Below, in pieces: positions 38,226 through 48,501 of a stretch of 64,000 bases of DNA. Both the position numbers and the translations under genes were made by a program. Origin of the DNA: Bacilli bacterium (lineage in GTDB: Bacteria; Bacillota_I; Bacilli_A; RFN20; CAG-826). Where the stretch lies: contig JBGUIX010000006.1 in the NCBI GenBank assembly GCA_045113315.1, forward strand, positions 168,756-232,755, in the 5' to 3' direction. The notes beneath the pieces are model-generated. The model did not search any database and had not been told where the DNA came from. It saw only the letters and a program-made list of their open reading frames with translations. Positions within the stretch are counted from its first letter, which is position 1. Each line of letters starts with the position of its first letter.

Positions 38226-38745
38226 AAATAATCCTCCAATCGATTAAGTTGCCTTTTTTCTTATGGTATTTTCTTATTGGCCTACCGAATAATCTATTGA
38301 TATGAGTAGTCCATTGATCTTCTTTGACAATCTTTTCTGTAAGAATAACTCTTATTCCCACTCTTTTTGCGGCAGCGACATCAGTCATCATTTGATCACC
38401 AACTAGCATTACTTCCTCATTTGGCCATCCTTTCTCTTTTAGAAATCTTCTAATTTTATAGCCAAATGGTTTTCTTGCGCTGTTGATATATTCAACACCT
38501 AAGTCGTTAGCATATGTACTCACGCGCTTACCGCGATTGTTAGAAACGATAATAGGAACTATGCCCGCTTTAATTACATTATTAACTAATTCTCTAGCTC
38601 TATCTGTTGGATGAAATAACTTATAACTATCTAATGTATTATCGAGATCCATAAGCAAATATTTCACATTTTGTTGTTTATAGAATCCGATATCTATTTC
38701 ATAGATAGATTTAGCGACTGCAAACGGAACGTATTTCCTCTTCAT
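38212..38745 (-). CDS. yqeG: HAD-family phosphatase YqeG
   Basis: LLMDLDNTL (DxD motif), GDQMMTD. First gene of the yqe operon. Confidence 0.8.
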   Translation of the reverse strand: MKRKYVPFAVAKSIYEIDIGFYKQQNVKYLLMDLDNTLDSYKLFHPTDRARELVNNVIKAGIVPIIVSNNRGKRVSTYANDLGVEYINSARKPFGYKIRRFLKEKGWPNEEVMLVGDQMMTDVAAAKRVGIRVILTEKIVKEDQWTTHINRLFGRPIRKYHKKKGNLIDWRIIYGKD

Positions 38746-38825
38746 AACTTTATAACTAAATTGTAAATGAAAAAGTCTTATAATAATAGACTTTATTATT
38801 TTCTATTTTAATATTTTGCGTAAAA

Positions 38826-38863
38826 AAACACCTGCTATTTACATAAACAACAGGTGATTTTTT
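38826..38863. terminator. Bidirectional terminator between parC and the yqe operon
   Basis: A7-CACCTG-N16-CAGGTG-T6. Confidence 0.45.
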
Positions 38864-38929
38864 GTTATTTTACAAAACTAATAATGTACTAATAAACTAC
38901 TAATAATATTTTTAACATACTATGTATGT

Positions 38930-41578
38930 TTATTCGTCATCATCAATATCGAAGATGGAAATTTGTTCGAAGGATTTTTCTTCTTTCTTTTCATCAGGTT
39001 TATTAGAAACATTTTCCTCTTCAATTTCTTCAATCAATGATTCGGAAGCTTCTTCAGAAGTAACTTCTTCCACTTTCTTTTCTTTTTCTATGATTGGTCT
39101 AGAAAGAGTGTTTTTATCGATTCTTTCAATCTTGCAATCTAAGATTGTATCAACAAAAGTTCTCGCTGGAATTTTCATATTTGTTTTGGCGTATTTAGCT
39201 TCTGTTGGTCTTAAATCGTCGATTTCGACAGTCTCTACACTATTATCACTTAAGGCAAGATTTAATTTAATTAAATCTAAGTCTTTAGAAATCTTCATTG
39301 CGCTCACAACTTTATGTGGATCGCCTTTAAACGATGGACAAATTTCACTAGTCTTTCCTAGGCGCTGTGTGCGCATAACCTTATTAAGATCAATAATTCT
39401 TTCGTGAGCCTTATCGGTAACTACCACGGCTTTGGCTTTTTCGCCCTCATCTAAGGCGATTAAAGCTACAGCTTGATTCTTTCCTAGTCCACTGACGGAT
39501 TTGACGCCTCCGGCCTTTGATCCGAGAATTGTTAATTCGTTTTCGTTAAATAAGGTACCTAACCCATTATTTGTTAAAACAAATAAATCACTATTTCCAG
39601 TTAAAATTTGAATTCCAACAACCTCATCCCCACTTAACAACTTCATACATTTTGCTGGGCGAGAACGTTTCATGGTTTCTAAAGAGGATAAAGACATACG
39701 TTTAATCTGTCCAAATTTAGATAAGAAAGCGAGATAAATATCGTTTCTAATCTGGTGAACAGCGATAGCTTTTACAATCTTTTCTCCGGCTGCAAAAGTG
39801 ATCAAAGTGTTAAGGTGAACACCTTCATCTTTATAACGGTTTTCAGTTAATTTATGAACTGGAATACAGACATAGTTACCTATATTTGTGAAACAAATAA
39901 GGTAATCGGTTGTTAAAGCGGTGCCTAAACCGACTAAGACATCACCACTCTTAAGGCCTGGTAAAGCATCTTCTCCTGAGCCTTTATAAGACTTGATGGA
40001 GCAGCGTTTTGCATAGCCGTCACGAGTGACAACAACCACTGTTTCTTCTTCAGCGATTAATTGACGTTTATCGATTGGTTTATCTTCTTCTTTTTCCACG
40101 ATTTGAGTACGTCTTTCGTCGCCATATTTTTCTGCGATTTGTTTTAAATCTTTGATTAAAACACGATTTAGTTTATTAGGATCGGAAAGGATACCTTCTA
40201 AAGTTTCAATATCTTTAATTAGTTGTTTTCTTTCCGCTTCTAAAATTTCCTCATCGGTATGGCTTAATTTATATAAAGGCATGGTTACGATAGCTTCTGC
40301 TTGTTCATTAGAAAAACCATAATGATTCATCAAGTTGACTTTACTATCTGCCTTGTCTTTACTTTTTCTAATAATTTCAACTACTTCGTTGATGTAAAGC
40401 GAAGCTTTAATTAAACCTTCAACAATATGTAATCTTCCAGAATACTTCTCTAAATCAAACTTGCTTTGTCTAGTGATGACATCCACTTGGTGTTCGATAT
40501 AAGCATCGATAAAATCTAATAAAGTTAAGGTTTTTGGTCGGCCATTAACAATTGCCACCATATTAGCGGAATATGATGTAACTAAGCTTGTTTTGCTCTT
40601 TAAATAGCGTAATAAAAGGTCAACTTTTGCATCTTTTTTACAATCAATTGCGATTCTAATGCCCTTATAATCACTTTCGTCTCTAACTTCCACTAGTCCA
40701 CTGACGGATTTAGAATGGATAATTTTGTCTATTTCATAGACAAGGTCTTTTTTGACCACTTTATAAGGTATTTCTGTGATGATAATTTGTTGATTATCTT
40801 TATTTTGAACAATTTCTGTCTTACTAGCGACTTCAATTTTTCCACGGCCTGTTAAATAAATATTTTTAATGCCTTCGGAACGATAAATAAGTCCACCACC
40901 TGGGAAATCTGGACCTTTGACATATTCCATTAAATCTTCTGAAGTTGCGGTTTTATGTCCAATACGATAAATAATTGCATCAATTACTTCTTTTAAGTTG
41001 TGTGGAGGAATTTCAGTTGCTAAAGCAACTGCAATACCTTCAGTACCATTACATAAAAGGTTTGGGAATCTGGATGGCAAAACAATTGGTTCGAGTTCTG
41101 TGTCATCAAAGTTTAACTGCATATCAACTGTTTTCTTTTCGATATCTCTCACTAGTTCGTTGCTGAGTTCAGATAATCTTGATTCTGTATAACGGTAAGC
41201 CGCTGGTTGGTCGCCATCGATACTACCATTGTTACCCTGAAAGTCGATCAATGGATATCTAACTTTCCAATCCTGGCTCATTCTGGCTAATGCTTCATAG
41301 ATAGAAGTATCACCATGTGGGTGGAAAGTACCCATAACCGCACCAACGGTATGAGCACATTTTTTAGTTGGTTTATTAAAAGTGTTACCACTTTTATACA
41401 TCGAGAAAATGATTCTTCTTTGGACCGGTTTTAAACCATCTCTAACATCTGGGATAGCACGGTCTTGAATAACATATTTAGCATAGGTAGCGTAACGGCT
41501 ACTCATGACATCTTCAAGGGGTTCATTGGAAATATTTTCCACAATAATATCAATGACTTCTTCTTTTTTCTTAGCCAT
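38930..41578 (-). CDS. parC: Topoisomerase IV subunit A (GyrA/ParC family) with an acidic C-terminal tail
   Basis: Active-site Tyr region (AHTVGAVMGTFHPHGD...YTE), C-terminal beta-pinwheel repeats, Glu/Asp-rich last about 50 aa. Paired with parE and adjacent plsY as in Bacillus. Confidence 0.8.
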   Translation of the reverse strand: MAKKKEEVIDIIVENISNEPLEDVMSSRYATYAKYVIQDRAIPDVRDGLKPVQRRIIFSMYKSGNTFNKPTKKCAHTVGAVMGTFHPHGDTSIYEALARMSQDWKVRYPLIDFQGNNGSIDGDQPAAYRYTESRLSELSNELVRDIEKKTVDMQLNFDDTELEPIVLPSRFPNLLCNGTEGIAVALATEIPPHNLKEVIDAIIYRIGHKTATSEDLMEYVKGPDFPGGGLIYRSEGIKNIYLTGRGKIEVASKTEIVQNKDNQQIIITEIPYKVVKKDLVYEIDKIIHSKSVSGLVEVRDESDYKGIRIAIDCKKDAKVDLLLRYLKSKTSLVTSYSANMVAIVNGRPKTLTLLDFIDAYIEHQVDVITRQSKFDLEKYSGRLHIVEGLIKASLYINEVVEIIRKSKDKADSKVNLMNHYGFSNEQAEAIVTMPLYKLSHTDEEILEAERKQLIKDIETLEGILSDPNKLNRVLIKDLKQIAEKYGDERRTQIVEKEEDKPIDKRQLIAEEETVVVVTRDGYAKRCSIKSYKGSGEDALPGLKSGDVLVGLGTALTTDYLICFTNIGNYVCIPVHKLTENRYKDEGVHLNTLITFAAGEKIVKAIAVHQIRNDIYLAFLSKFGQIKRMSLSSLETMKRSRPAKCMKLLSGDEVVGIQILTGNSDLFVLTNNGLGTLFNENELTILGSKAGGVKSVSGLGKNQAVALIALDEGEKAKAVVVTDKAHERIIDLNKVMRTQRLGKTSEICPSFKGDPHKVVSAMKISKDLDLIKLNLALSDNSVETVEIDDLRPTEAKYAKTNMKIPARTFVDTILDCKIERIDKNTLSRPIIEKEKKVEEVTSEEASESLIEEIEEENVSNKPDEKKEEKSFEQISIFDIDDDE

Positions 41579-41580
41579 AA

Positions 41581-43527
41581 TTATTTGACCTCCTTCATGA
41601 ATGTGTCAATTTCATTGAAATTGACGTTCTCCTCAACCCACTTCTTTCTAGAGGTTGTATCTTTACCCATAAGGGTCGAGACACGACTATCCGCAAGAAG
41701 AGGATCTTCGATATCAACACGGATTAATAAACGTGATCTTGGATCCATGGTTGTTTCCTTAAGTTGGATAGCATCCATTTCACCTAAGCCTTTATAACGA
41801 GAAACTTTATATCCCGATCCGATTATTTTTTTAGCTTTTTCTAGCCCTTCATCATCCCAAGCATATTCCTGTTTCATCTTGTGGTTTTCTTCTTTAAAGA
41901 CACGATATAAAGGAGGAACCGCTATATAGACATGTCCAGATGTGATTAAAGGACGCATATAATGATAGAAGAACGTTAGTAATAACGTTTGGATGTGAGC
42001 ACCATCGGTATCAGCATCGGTCATGATGATGATTTTTCCATAATGGATGTCTTCAATATCAAATGATTGACCAAAACCAGCACCAATTGTGTTGATTATG
42101 GTCGCAATTTCTTCATTTTTCAAAACAGCAGAAATAGCCATGCCATCTGTATTTAATGGTTTACCACGTAGTGGTAAGATTGCTTGGTGCAAACGATCTC
42201 TACCTTTCTTTGCACTGCCGCCAGCGGAATCACCTTCAACGATAAATAATTCATTTTTAGCGTAATCCTTACTCTGAGCAGGTGTTAATTTATCAGATAA
42301 AATGACTTCAGTTTTGGCTTTTTTAGCACTTCTAGCTTCATCTTTTGCCTTTCTAGCCGCTAATCTGGCAGCTTGGCTATCGAGACATTTTTTAATTAAG
42401 TTCACTGCCATATCTCTATTCTCTGTGAGATAATAAGTAAACTTATTATATATCATATTTTGCACAATGTAGGTTGCTTCTTGAGTACCCAATTTTCCTT
42501 TAGTTTGACCTTCAAATTCGAGTAATTTTTCAGGTATTTTTAAGGAGATAACTGCGGTGATACCTTCTCTGATATCGTTACCATCAAGCTTCTTACCGTG
42601 TAATAAATTGTAGTTTTCAGCAAAATCATTTACCGCTCTTGTGATACCGGTTTTAAAACCAACTTCGTGTGTTCCACCTTCTTTTGTCCTTACGTTATTG
42701 ACGTAGGAAAGGATGGTTTCGTTATAGTCTTCATAGCAGAATTGAAGAGCAATTTCGGTACTGATTCCAGTGTTTTCGTCGACGTCTGCAAAGTCGGCGA
42801 TTTCGGTCATTGGGGACTTACTAGCATTAATGCTAGCGACGTATTCCACAAGACCATTTTCATAATAGAATTCTTCATTGTCGCCGGTTCTTTCATCAAT
42901 TAAAACAAAGCGTACACCCTTCATCAAAAAGGCACTTTCTTTTAAGTGGCCAGCGATAATATCACGCTTAAATTCGACGGTCGAAAAGATGGTTGGATCA
43001 GGTTTGAATCTCACTAATGTACCATGCTTTTTGGTATTTCCGATCTTCTCGAGTTCGGTGACAATATGCCCACCATTTTCGAAGCGCATATGGTATATAG
43101 TACCGTCTTTAAAGACGGTAACATCTAAATAAACACTTAAAGCGTTGGTTACTGAAGCACCGACACCATGTAATCCAGCAGCGGATTTATAAACCGCACT
43201 ATTGAATTTACCACCAGCGTGTAATTCCGTAAAAACTAATTCTAAAGCAGGTCTTCCGGTTTCCTTGTTGATACCGCAAGGAATACCACGACCTTCATCT
43301 TGGACAGAACATGAACCATCTTTATGAATGGTAATTGTAATTTTTTCACCGAAACCAGACAAAGCTTCATCAACAGCGTTGTCAACGATCTCCCAAACTA
43401 AATGATGTAGACCAGTTCCGTTTGTTGAACCGATATACATTGCTGGTCTTTTTCTGACACCTTCAAGTCCTTGCAAAACATGGATGTCATCAGCAGTATA
43501 TGTGGTTTTAATATTATTACTTGCCAT
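41581..43527 (-). CDS. parE: Topoisomerase IV subunit B (GyrB/ParE family)
   Basis: GHKL ATPase motifs, TOPRIM (EGDSAGG; DADTDGAHI). ATG at 43527 with a GGAGAGAA RBS preferred over the 43563 start. Confidence 0.85.
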   Translation of the reverse strand: MASNNIKTTYTADDIHVLQGLEGVRKRPAMYIGSTNGTGLHHLVWEIVDNAVDEALSGFGEKITITIHKDGSCSVQDEGRGIPCGINKETGRPALELVFTELHAGGKFNSAVYKSAAGLHGVGASVTNALSVYLDVTVFKDGTIYHMRFENGGHIVTELEKIGNTKKHGTLVRFKPDPTIFSTVEFKRDIIAGHLKESAFLMKGVRFVLIDERTGDNEEFYYENGLVEYVASINASKSPMTEIADFADVDENTGISTEIALQFCYEDYNETILSYVNNVRTKEGGTHEVGFKTGITRAVNDFAENYNLLHGKKLDGNDIREGITAVISLKIPEKLLEFEGQTKGKLGTQEATYIVQNMIYNKFTYYLTENRDMAVNLIKKCLDSQAARLAARKAKDEARSAKKAKTEVILSDKLTPAQSKDYAKNELFIVEGDSAGGSAKKGRDRLHQAILPLRGKPLNTDGMAISAVLKNEEIATIINTIGAGFGQSFDIEDIHYGKIIIMTDADTDGAHIQTLLLTFFYHYMRPLITSGHVYIAVPPLYRVFKEENHKMKQEYAWDDEGLEKAKKIIGSGYKVSRYKGLGEMDAIQLKETTMDPRSRLLIRVDIEDPLLADSRVSTLMGKDTTSRKKWVEENVNFNEIDTFMKEVK

Positions 43528-43569
43528 ATATGTTCTCTCCAAATCGTTTTTAATTATAATCAAAAACTG

Positions 43570-43597
43570 TTGAAAATATAAAGATATTTAGTATAAT
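43570..43597 (+). promoter_or_regulatory. sigmaA promoter for plsY (-35 TTGAAA, 16-nt spacer, -10 TATAAT)
   Basis: TTGAAAATATAAAGATATTTAGTATAAT; RBS GGAGGTG follows. Confidence 0.45.
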
Positions 43598-43625
43598 GAC
43601 TACTAGCATTTTTTGGAGGTGTTTT

Positions 43626-44420
43626 ATGAATATATTATTAATTAATATATTGGTAGCGTTATTCACAATAATAATTGGTTACTTTTTTGGTTCAATTCCT
43701 ACAGCAGTGTGGGTTGGAAAAATCTTCTTCCATCAAGATCCAAGAAACTTAGGTTCCCATAATGCCGGTGGCACAAACGCTGGTCGTTTATGGGGGAAGA
43801 AAGTTGGTTTTTGTGTCATCTTACTCGACATGATCAAGACCATTGCCCCACTTTATATCTGCTGGGCAATCTATACTTTTGCCAAATTTGATTATGCTGG
43901 TATTACAGGTGCTGGTTTTACTTCTGGTTATCACCCATTAATTGCTGATGTTAAAACTTTCTATACATCCGCTAATGAATTATATGCAATTCAATGGCCG
44001 ATTTATTGGTTAGCGCCACTCGCAGTTATGATTGGCCATTGTTGGCCAATGTTCGCCAACTTCAAAGGTGGCAAGGCTGCAAGTAACTTCATGGGAATTA
44101 CCGTCATGAGTAGCTGGATGCTCGGTTTCTTACCTGGTTTCTTCTATCTCGGAGTTCTTAAATGGAAAAAATATGTGTCATTATCCGCGATTCTTCAAGG
44201 CATATTTGTGACAGTTATTACTTGGGTTTGGGCATTGCTTGTGATGTTTAAAGTTATACCAAATGATATCGCTTGGTTACCGATGTATGGACCATCATTA
44301 AATCCTAATTGGGTTTACGCTACAGTTGTTACTATCATGGCTATTGTTATGATTGCTAGACACCATGAAAATATCGCCAGATTACGTGCTGGAACCGAAA
44401 GAAAAATCAAATGGATGTAA
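43626..44420 (+). CDS. plsY: Glycerol-3-phosphate acyltransferase PlsY (with an insertion of about 35 aa)
   Basis: GSHNAGGTNAGR and GHCWPMFANFKGGKA motifs. ATG at 43626; the ATG at 43596 sits in the -10 box. Confidence 0.85.
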   Translation: MNILLINILVALFTIIIGYFFGSIPTAVWVGKIFFHQDPRNLGSHNAGGTNAGRLWGKKVGFCVILLDMIKTIAPLYICWAIYTFAKFDYAGITGAGFTSGYHPLIADVKTFYTSANELYAIQWPIYWLAPLAVMIGHCWPMFANFKGGKAASNFMGITVMSSWMLGFLPGFFYLGVLKWKKYVSLSAILQGIFVTVITWVWALLVMFKVIPNDIAWLPMYGPSLNPNWVYATVVTIMAIVMIARHHENIARLRAGTERKIKWM

Positions 44421-44451
44421 TAGTCCAAGATTAGTATTAAATTAGTAAAAT

Positions 44452-44478
44452 ACCTATACATATGTATAGGTTTTTTTA
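44452..44478 (+). terminator. Rho-independent terminator after plsY
   Basis: Perfect palindrome ACCTATACA-TA-TGTATAGGT + T7. Confidence 0.7.
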
Positions 44479-44709
44479 TTTTATTATAAATCAAACAACT
44501 GATATTTCATTGTAATTATAACTTAATTATTGGGGTGTCATCATGAAAAACTTTATAACTTATTTTAGATAACCTTCATTTGTATATGCTCTAATTACTT
44601 TTTTAGCCGATTTTATGCCTCATTTTGCTTTATATGATAAACCCCTTAAAGCAAAGAAAAAGACGCCTAAGCGTCCTTAAAAGAAAAGCACCATTTCTGG
44701 CGCTTAAAC

Positions 44710-44940
44710 TTATTGCTTGTTCATGTTCCTCATGATTTCGCGAATTTGTTTTTCGCTTGGTGTTCTACCCATTTGAGCGAACATTACACGAATCATCTTT
44801 TCGTTAACTGGAGGATTCTTTTGTAATTGTTTTTTGAAGAACCATCTGGCTCCAAAGAAACCGATTACTAATCCTGCGATTAATAAGCCGATTAAGGTAA
44901 AGACGAAACCGGCTGTATCCATTTCTATGAAAGCTAACAT
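44710..44940 (-). CDS. yneF: UPF0154/YneF-family small membrane protein
   Basis: N-terminal TM helix then KKQLQKNPP...NEKMIRVMFAQMGRTPSEKQI. Confidence 0.7.
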   Translation of the reverse strand: MLAFIEMDTAGFVFTLIGLLIAGLVIGFFGARWFFKKQLQKNPPVNEKMIRVMFAQMGRTPSEKQIREIMRNMNKQ

Positions 44941-44959
44941 ATCTTTGATCTCCTTTTAA

Positions 44960-45517
44960 TTAGGCTCTGCTGTCATATTCACCGTTATCGGTGCGGACAA
45001 GAACTGTTTCTCCTTCGGAGATGAATAAAGGAACACGGACTGTGATACCAGTTTCTAATTTAGCTTCTTTGGTTGCTTTGTTGACTGTGTCACCACGAAC
45101 CGCTGGTTCGCATTCCACGATCTTTAAAGCCACTTTAGCAGGTAAGTTAACGTCTAAGACTTCACCTTCATAGGAAGTGATTTCGACAACTTCATCGCCC
45201 TTTAAGAATTTGCTTTCCCATTCTAAACGGCTCTTTGCGATTTCGATTTGTTCGTAGGTTTCTTGATCCATGAACACTAAGAAATCACCAGAATCGTATA
45301 AATATTGCATAGCTTTCTTATCAAGACGGATGTTTTCAATGGCGTAGCCACTGTTACGAGATATTTCGGTAACACTACCTGTTCTCATGTTTTTCACTTT
45401 GACAGAAGCCACCATTTTTCTCATCGCGGTTTTATTTAATAAAATATCTAAAACTTTGTAGATGTTGCCTTCTTCAATAAAATAGTTTCCTGGTCTTAAT
45501 TCTGTAACATTAATCAT
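44960..45517 (-). CDS. efp: Elongation factor P
   Basis: 185 aa, three OB/KOW domains, MINVTELRPGN... Confidence 0.9.
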   Translation of the reverse strand: MINVTELRPGNYFIEEGNIYKVLDILLNKTAMRKMVASVKVKNMRTGSVTEISRNSGYAIENIRLDKKAMQYLYDSGDFLVFMDQETYEQIEIAKSRLEWESKFLKGDEVVEITSYEGEVLDVNLPAKVALKIVECEPAVRGDTVNKATKEAKLETGITVRVPLFISEGETVLVRTDNGEYDSRA

Positions 45518-45568
45518 GTTGTTTTGACCCCTTTCTTTTGAAATTTCATTTGATATTATATCAAAATA

Positions 45569-46204
45569 TTATTTTTTCACAAATCCATAATTTATACGTT
45601 CATGTTTTATGGTTGTGGTTTCGTTATGTCCTGGATAGACTATTGTCTCCTCTGGAAGAGATAAAATCTTATTCATAGAACTTTTAAATAAATCCGGATT
45701 AGATCCTGGAAAATCCATTCTTCCGTAGCTATCTTTGAATAAACTATCTCCAGAAATTAAAGCATTATTATCTTTTAGATAAAACACCACTGATCCTTCA
45801 GAGTGATATGGCGTGTGGATGACTTTGATATCACCATCTATGAGCTTTAATATTTCGCCATCTTTTAGCGGTTTAGTTTGGATGTTTAAAATTACATCTT
45901 TACGAGAGAATCTTTCTGAACCATTAAAATGTGGGTCGGTTAAATATTTTTTATCTTTTTCATTTATATAGACATCAACCGGGTATTCTTTAAGGATATT
46001 TTCAATACCTCTAATATGGTCAAAATGACCATGAGTTAATAAGATGGCTTTTAAATGTAATTCGTTTTCTTTAATAAAATCTACGATACCTGAATAATCT
46101 TTTCCGGGATCAATAACTACGCAGCTATCTTTATCATCCACTAAAAGATAGGTATTAGCGTATAACTCAAGATTGGAACAGTAAGTAAATGGGATAATTT
46201 TCAT
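45569..46204 (-). CDS. Metallo-beta-lactamase-fold hydrolase
   Basis: LLTHGHFDHIRG motif. Confidence 0.75.
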   Translation of the reverse strand: MKIIPFTYCSNLELYANTYLLVDDKDSCVVIDPGKDYSGIVDFIKENELHLKAILLTHGHFDHIRGIENILKEYPVDVYINEKDKKYLTDPHFNGSERFSRKDVILNIQTKPLKDGEILKLIDGDIKVIHTPYHSEGSVVFYLKDNNALISGDSLFKDSYGRMDFPGSNPDLFKSSMNKILSLPEETIVYPGHNETTTIKHERINYGFVKK

Positions 46205-46248
46205 ATTTCAAATAAGAAAAAAATAGGCACAGCCTATTATTTCTTCTT

Positions 46249-46404
46249 CTCACGATGAAGTGTCATCTTTTTACAACGTGGGCAGTATTTCTTTAATTCA
46301 AGACGCTCAGCGTGATGTTTTTTATTCTTCGATGTGAGATAGTTTTCTTCACCACATTCGGTGCATTTTAATGTTAATGAGATACGATCTTCTTTTTTCG
46401 CCAT
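46249..46404 (-). CDS. rpmG: 50S ribosomal protein L33 (Zn-ribbon type), C-terminus atypical
   Basis: [51 protein letters not shown]. Shifting by one base at the end would give the canonical ...MTLHREKKK. Confidence 0.65.
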
Positions 46405-46508
46405 AGACTACAATCTCCTTGATAGCGTTAATTATATTATCATTTCTATTTCATTATGAAAAGTATAATTTTTAAGTGTTTTTTATAGCCAAGTGGTATA
46501 ATGACGCC

Positions 46509-47561
46509 ATGAGAAATAGAAAAGACACAAAACAAGTCCATATCAAAGATATAAAACTCGGTGGACAAGATAAAGTTCTGATTCAATCGATGTGCAATAT
46601 TAAGACTGAAAACTACCCTGAAGTTATCAAACAGATTAATGAATGCGCCGCTCTTGGTGCTGACTTAATGCGTGTCTCTGTTATGGATGAAAAAGATGCT
46701 TTAGCGATTAAAGAAATTAAAAAAGGTATAAAAATACCTTTAGTTGCAGATATTCACTTTGACTATCGTTTAGCGTTACTCGCTATGGAAAACGGTGTTG
46801 ATAAAGTGAGAATCAATCCAGGCAATATTGGTTCTATTGAAAATGTCAAAAAAGTTGTTGATATGGCCAAAGAAAAACACATCCCAATTAGAATTGGGGT
46901 TAATTCTGGCTCTTTAGATAAAGAAATACATGACTACTCTACTGAGTATACCGCCTCTAAACTTGTTGAATCAGCTGCTAAGCACGTGAAGATATTAGAA
47001 GATTTAGGCTTTTATGACATCGTCATATCTTTAAAAGGTAGCGATGTTAGAGAAACCGTCGCCGCTTATCGTTTGGCAAGTGAAAAATTCCCTTATCCAT
47101 TGCACCTTGGTATTACTGAAGCGGGATTTAAAGAGATTTCCGTTATTAGATCAACAGCGGGTTTAGCCCCATTATTATTAGATGGTATCGGAGATACAAT
47201 CCGTATTTCTATCTCTGGAGATCCAAGGGATGAAGTCATTGCCGCGAAAAGACTTTTACACGACTGTGGACTTTATAAAAATTATCCAACCATCGTGGCT
47301 TGCCCAACTTGTGGAAGAACCCAAGTTGATGTTCAGGCTTTAGCGAGAAAAGTTATGGATTATTTAGAAACTATCAATAAACCAATCCATGTTGCGGTTA
47401 TGGGTTGTATAGTTAATGGCCCCGGAGAAGCTAAAAACGCTGACATCGGAATTGCCGGTGGAAACCATGAATATGTTATCTTTAAAAAAGATAAAGTCAT
47501 TAAAAAAGTCCCAGAAGCTATCGCCTTTGAGACCCTTAAAGAAGAAATTGATAAGTTCTAG
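46509..47561 (+). CDS. ispG: 4-hydroxy-3-methylbut-2-enyl diphosphate synthase
   Basis: MRNRKDTKQVHIKDIKLGG...QSMCN. C-terminal Cys triad CPTCGR...GCIVNGPGE. Confidence 0.85.
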   Translation: MRNRKDTKQVHIKDIKLGGQDKVLIQSMCNIKTENYPEVIKQINECAALGADLMRVSVMDEKDALAIKEIKKGIKIPLVADIHFDYRLALLAMENGVDKVRINPGNIGSIENVKKVVDMAKEKHIPIRIGVNSGSLDKEIHDYSTEYTASKLVESAAKHVKILEDLGFYDIVISLKGSDVRETVAAYRLASEKFPYPLHLGITEAGFKEISVIRSTAGLAPLLLDGIGDTIRISISGDPRDEVIAAKRLLHDCGLYKNYPTIVACPTCGRTQVDVQALARKVMDYLETINKPIHVAVMGCIVNGPGEAKNADIGIAGGNHEYVIFKKDKVIKKVPEAIAFETLKEEIDKF

Positions 47562-48448
47562 AAAAATTTCTCTCTCCAACCTTCGATATATTTACCACTC
47601 TTCAGCATTTCAATCTCTTGCTTATAGGGTGGTTTTTCATTGATATATGGAGTTTCTAATACCTTTGGTATTCCGTTTAATAATGGGTGATGAGCGTATT
47701 TATACATCGTTTCATATCCGATATAACCATAACCCATGTTTTCGTGTCTATCTTTATGCGCGCCACGAACATTCTTGCTGTCATTTAAGTGAACCACTAA
47801 TAAGCGATCCAAACCAATGACGCGGTCAAACTCTTTTAAGACACCATCAACGTCGTGGACATCATATCCAGCATCAGATATATGGCATGTATCTAAGCAG
47901 ACACCTAATCTATCTTTATATTTGCATTTATCAATAATCGTTTTGATCTGTTCAAAGGTAATGCCGATTTCTGTCCCTTTGCCCGCCATAGTTTCTAAAG
48001 CTATTTTTACATCACTATTATCTTTAGATAATACGATATCAAGACATTCCGCTAAATTATCAATAGCGACATCATAACCTTGTGAAACATGAGCGCCTGG
48101 ATGGAGAACTAAAATCTTACATCCGAATCCAGCGGTTCTTTCAAGTTCGCTACCAATGACCTTTATTGATAAATCAAATAAATCTTCACGACTTTTGTTG
48201 GCTCCATTAATTATGTAAGGTGCATGTACGATGATTTTAGATTCATCGATGCCGGCTTCTTTGATGAGCTTTCTGCCTTCCTGAATTTTTAATTCAGACA
48301 ATGGTTTACGGTACGTATTTTGTGGAGCGCCAGTATAAAACATAAAAACATTAGAACCATAACTTAACGCTTCCTTCACACTTCCTTCATAGAAATCTGG
48401 AGAATTCATTGAGACATGTGAGCCTAATAACAATTTATAATCATCCAT
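47558..48448 (-). CDS. nfo: Endonuclease IV
   Basis: TIM-barrel AP endonuclease motifs (HAPYIIN; LETMAGKG; HLNDSK). Confidence 0.85.
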   Translation of the reverse strand: MDDYKLLLGSHVSMNSPDFYEGSVKEALSYGSNVFMFYTGAPQNTYRKPLSELKIQEGRKLIKEAGIDESKIIVHAPYIINGANKSREDLFDLSIKVIGSELERTAGFGCKILVLHPGAHVSQGYDVAIDNLAECLDIVLSKDNSDVKIALETMAGKGTEIGITFEQIKTIIDKCKYKDRLGVCLDTCHISDAGYDVHDVDGVLKEFDRVIGLDRLLVVHLNDSKNVRGAHKDRHENMGYGYIGYETMYKYAHHPLLNGIPKVLETPYINEKPPYKQEIEMLKSGKYIEGWREKFF

Positions 48449-48501
48449 AAGGTTTATTCCTCTCGTGATATTAACTTATAGTTATGTTATCATAAATAAC
48501 G

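Noticed and set aside
38922-39407. 161-aa Ser-rich ORF on the plus strand
   Set aside because: Low-complexity antisense read-through of the acidic Glu/Asp-rich parC tail (GAA/GAT complementary to TTC/ATC). Fully inside parC.
41465-41797. 110-aa plus-strand ORF across the parC/parE junction
   Set aside because: Antisense to conserved topoisomerase coding sequence.
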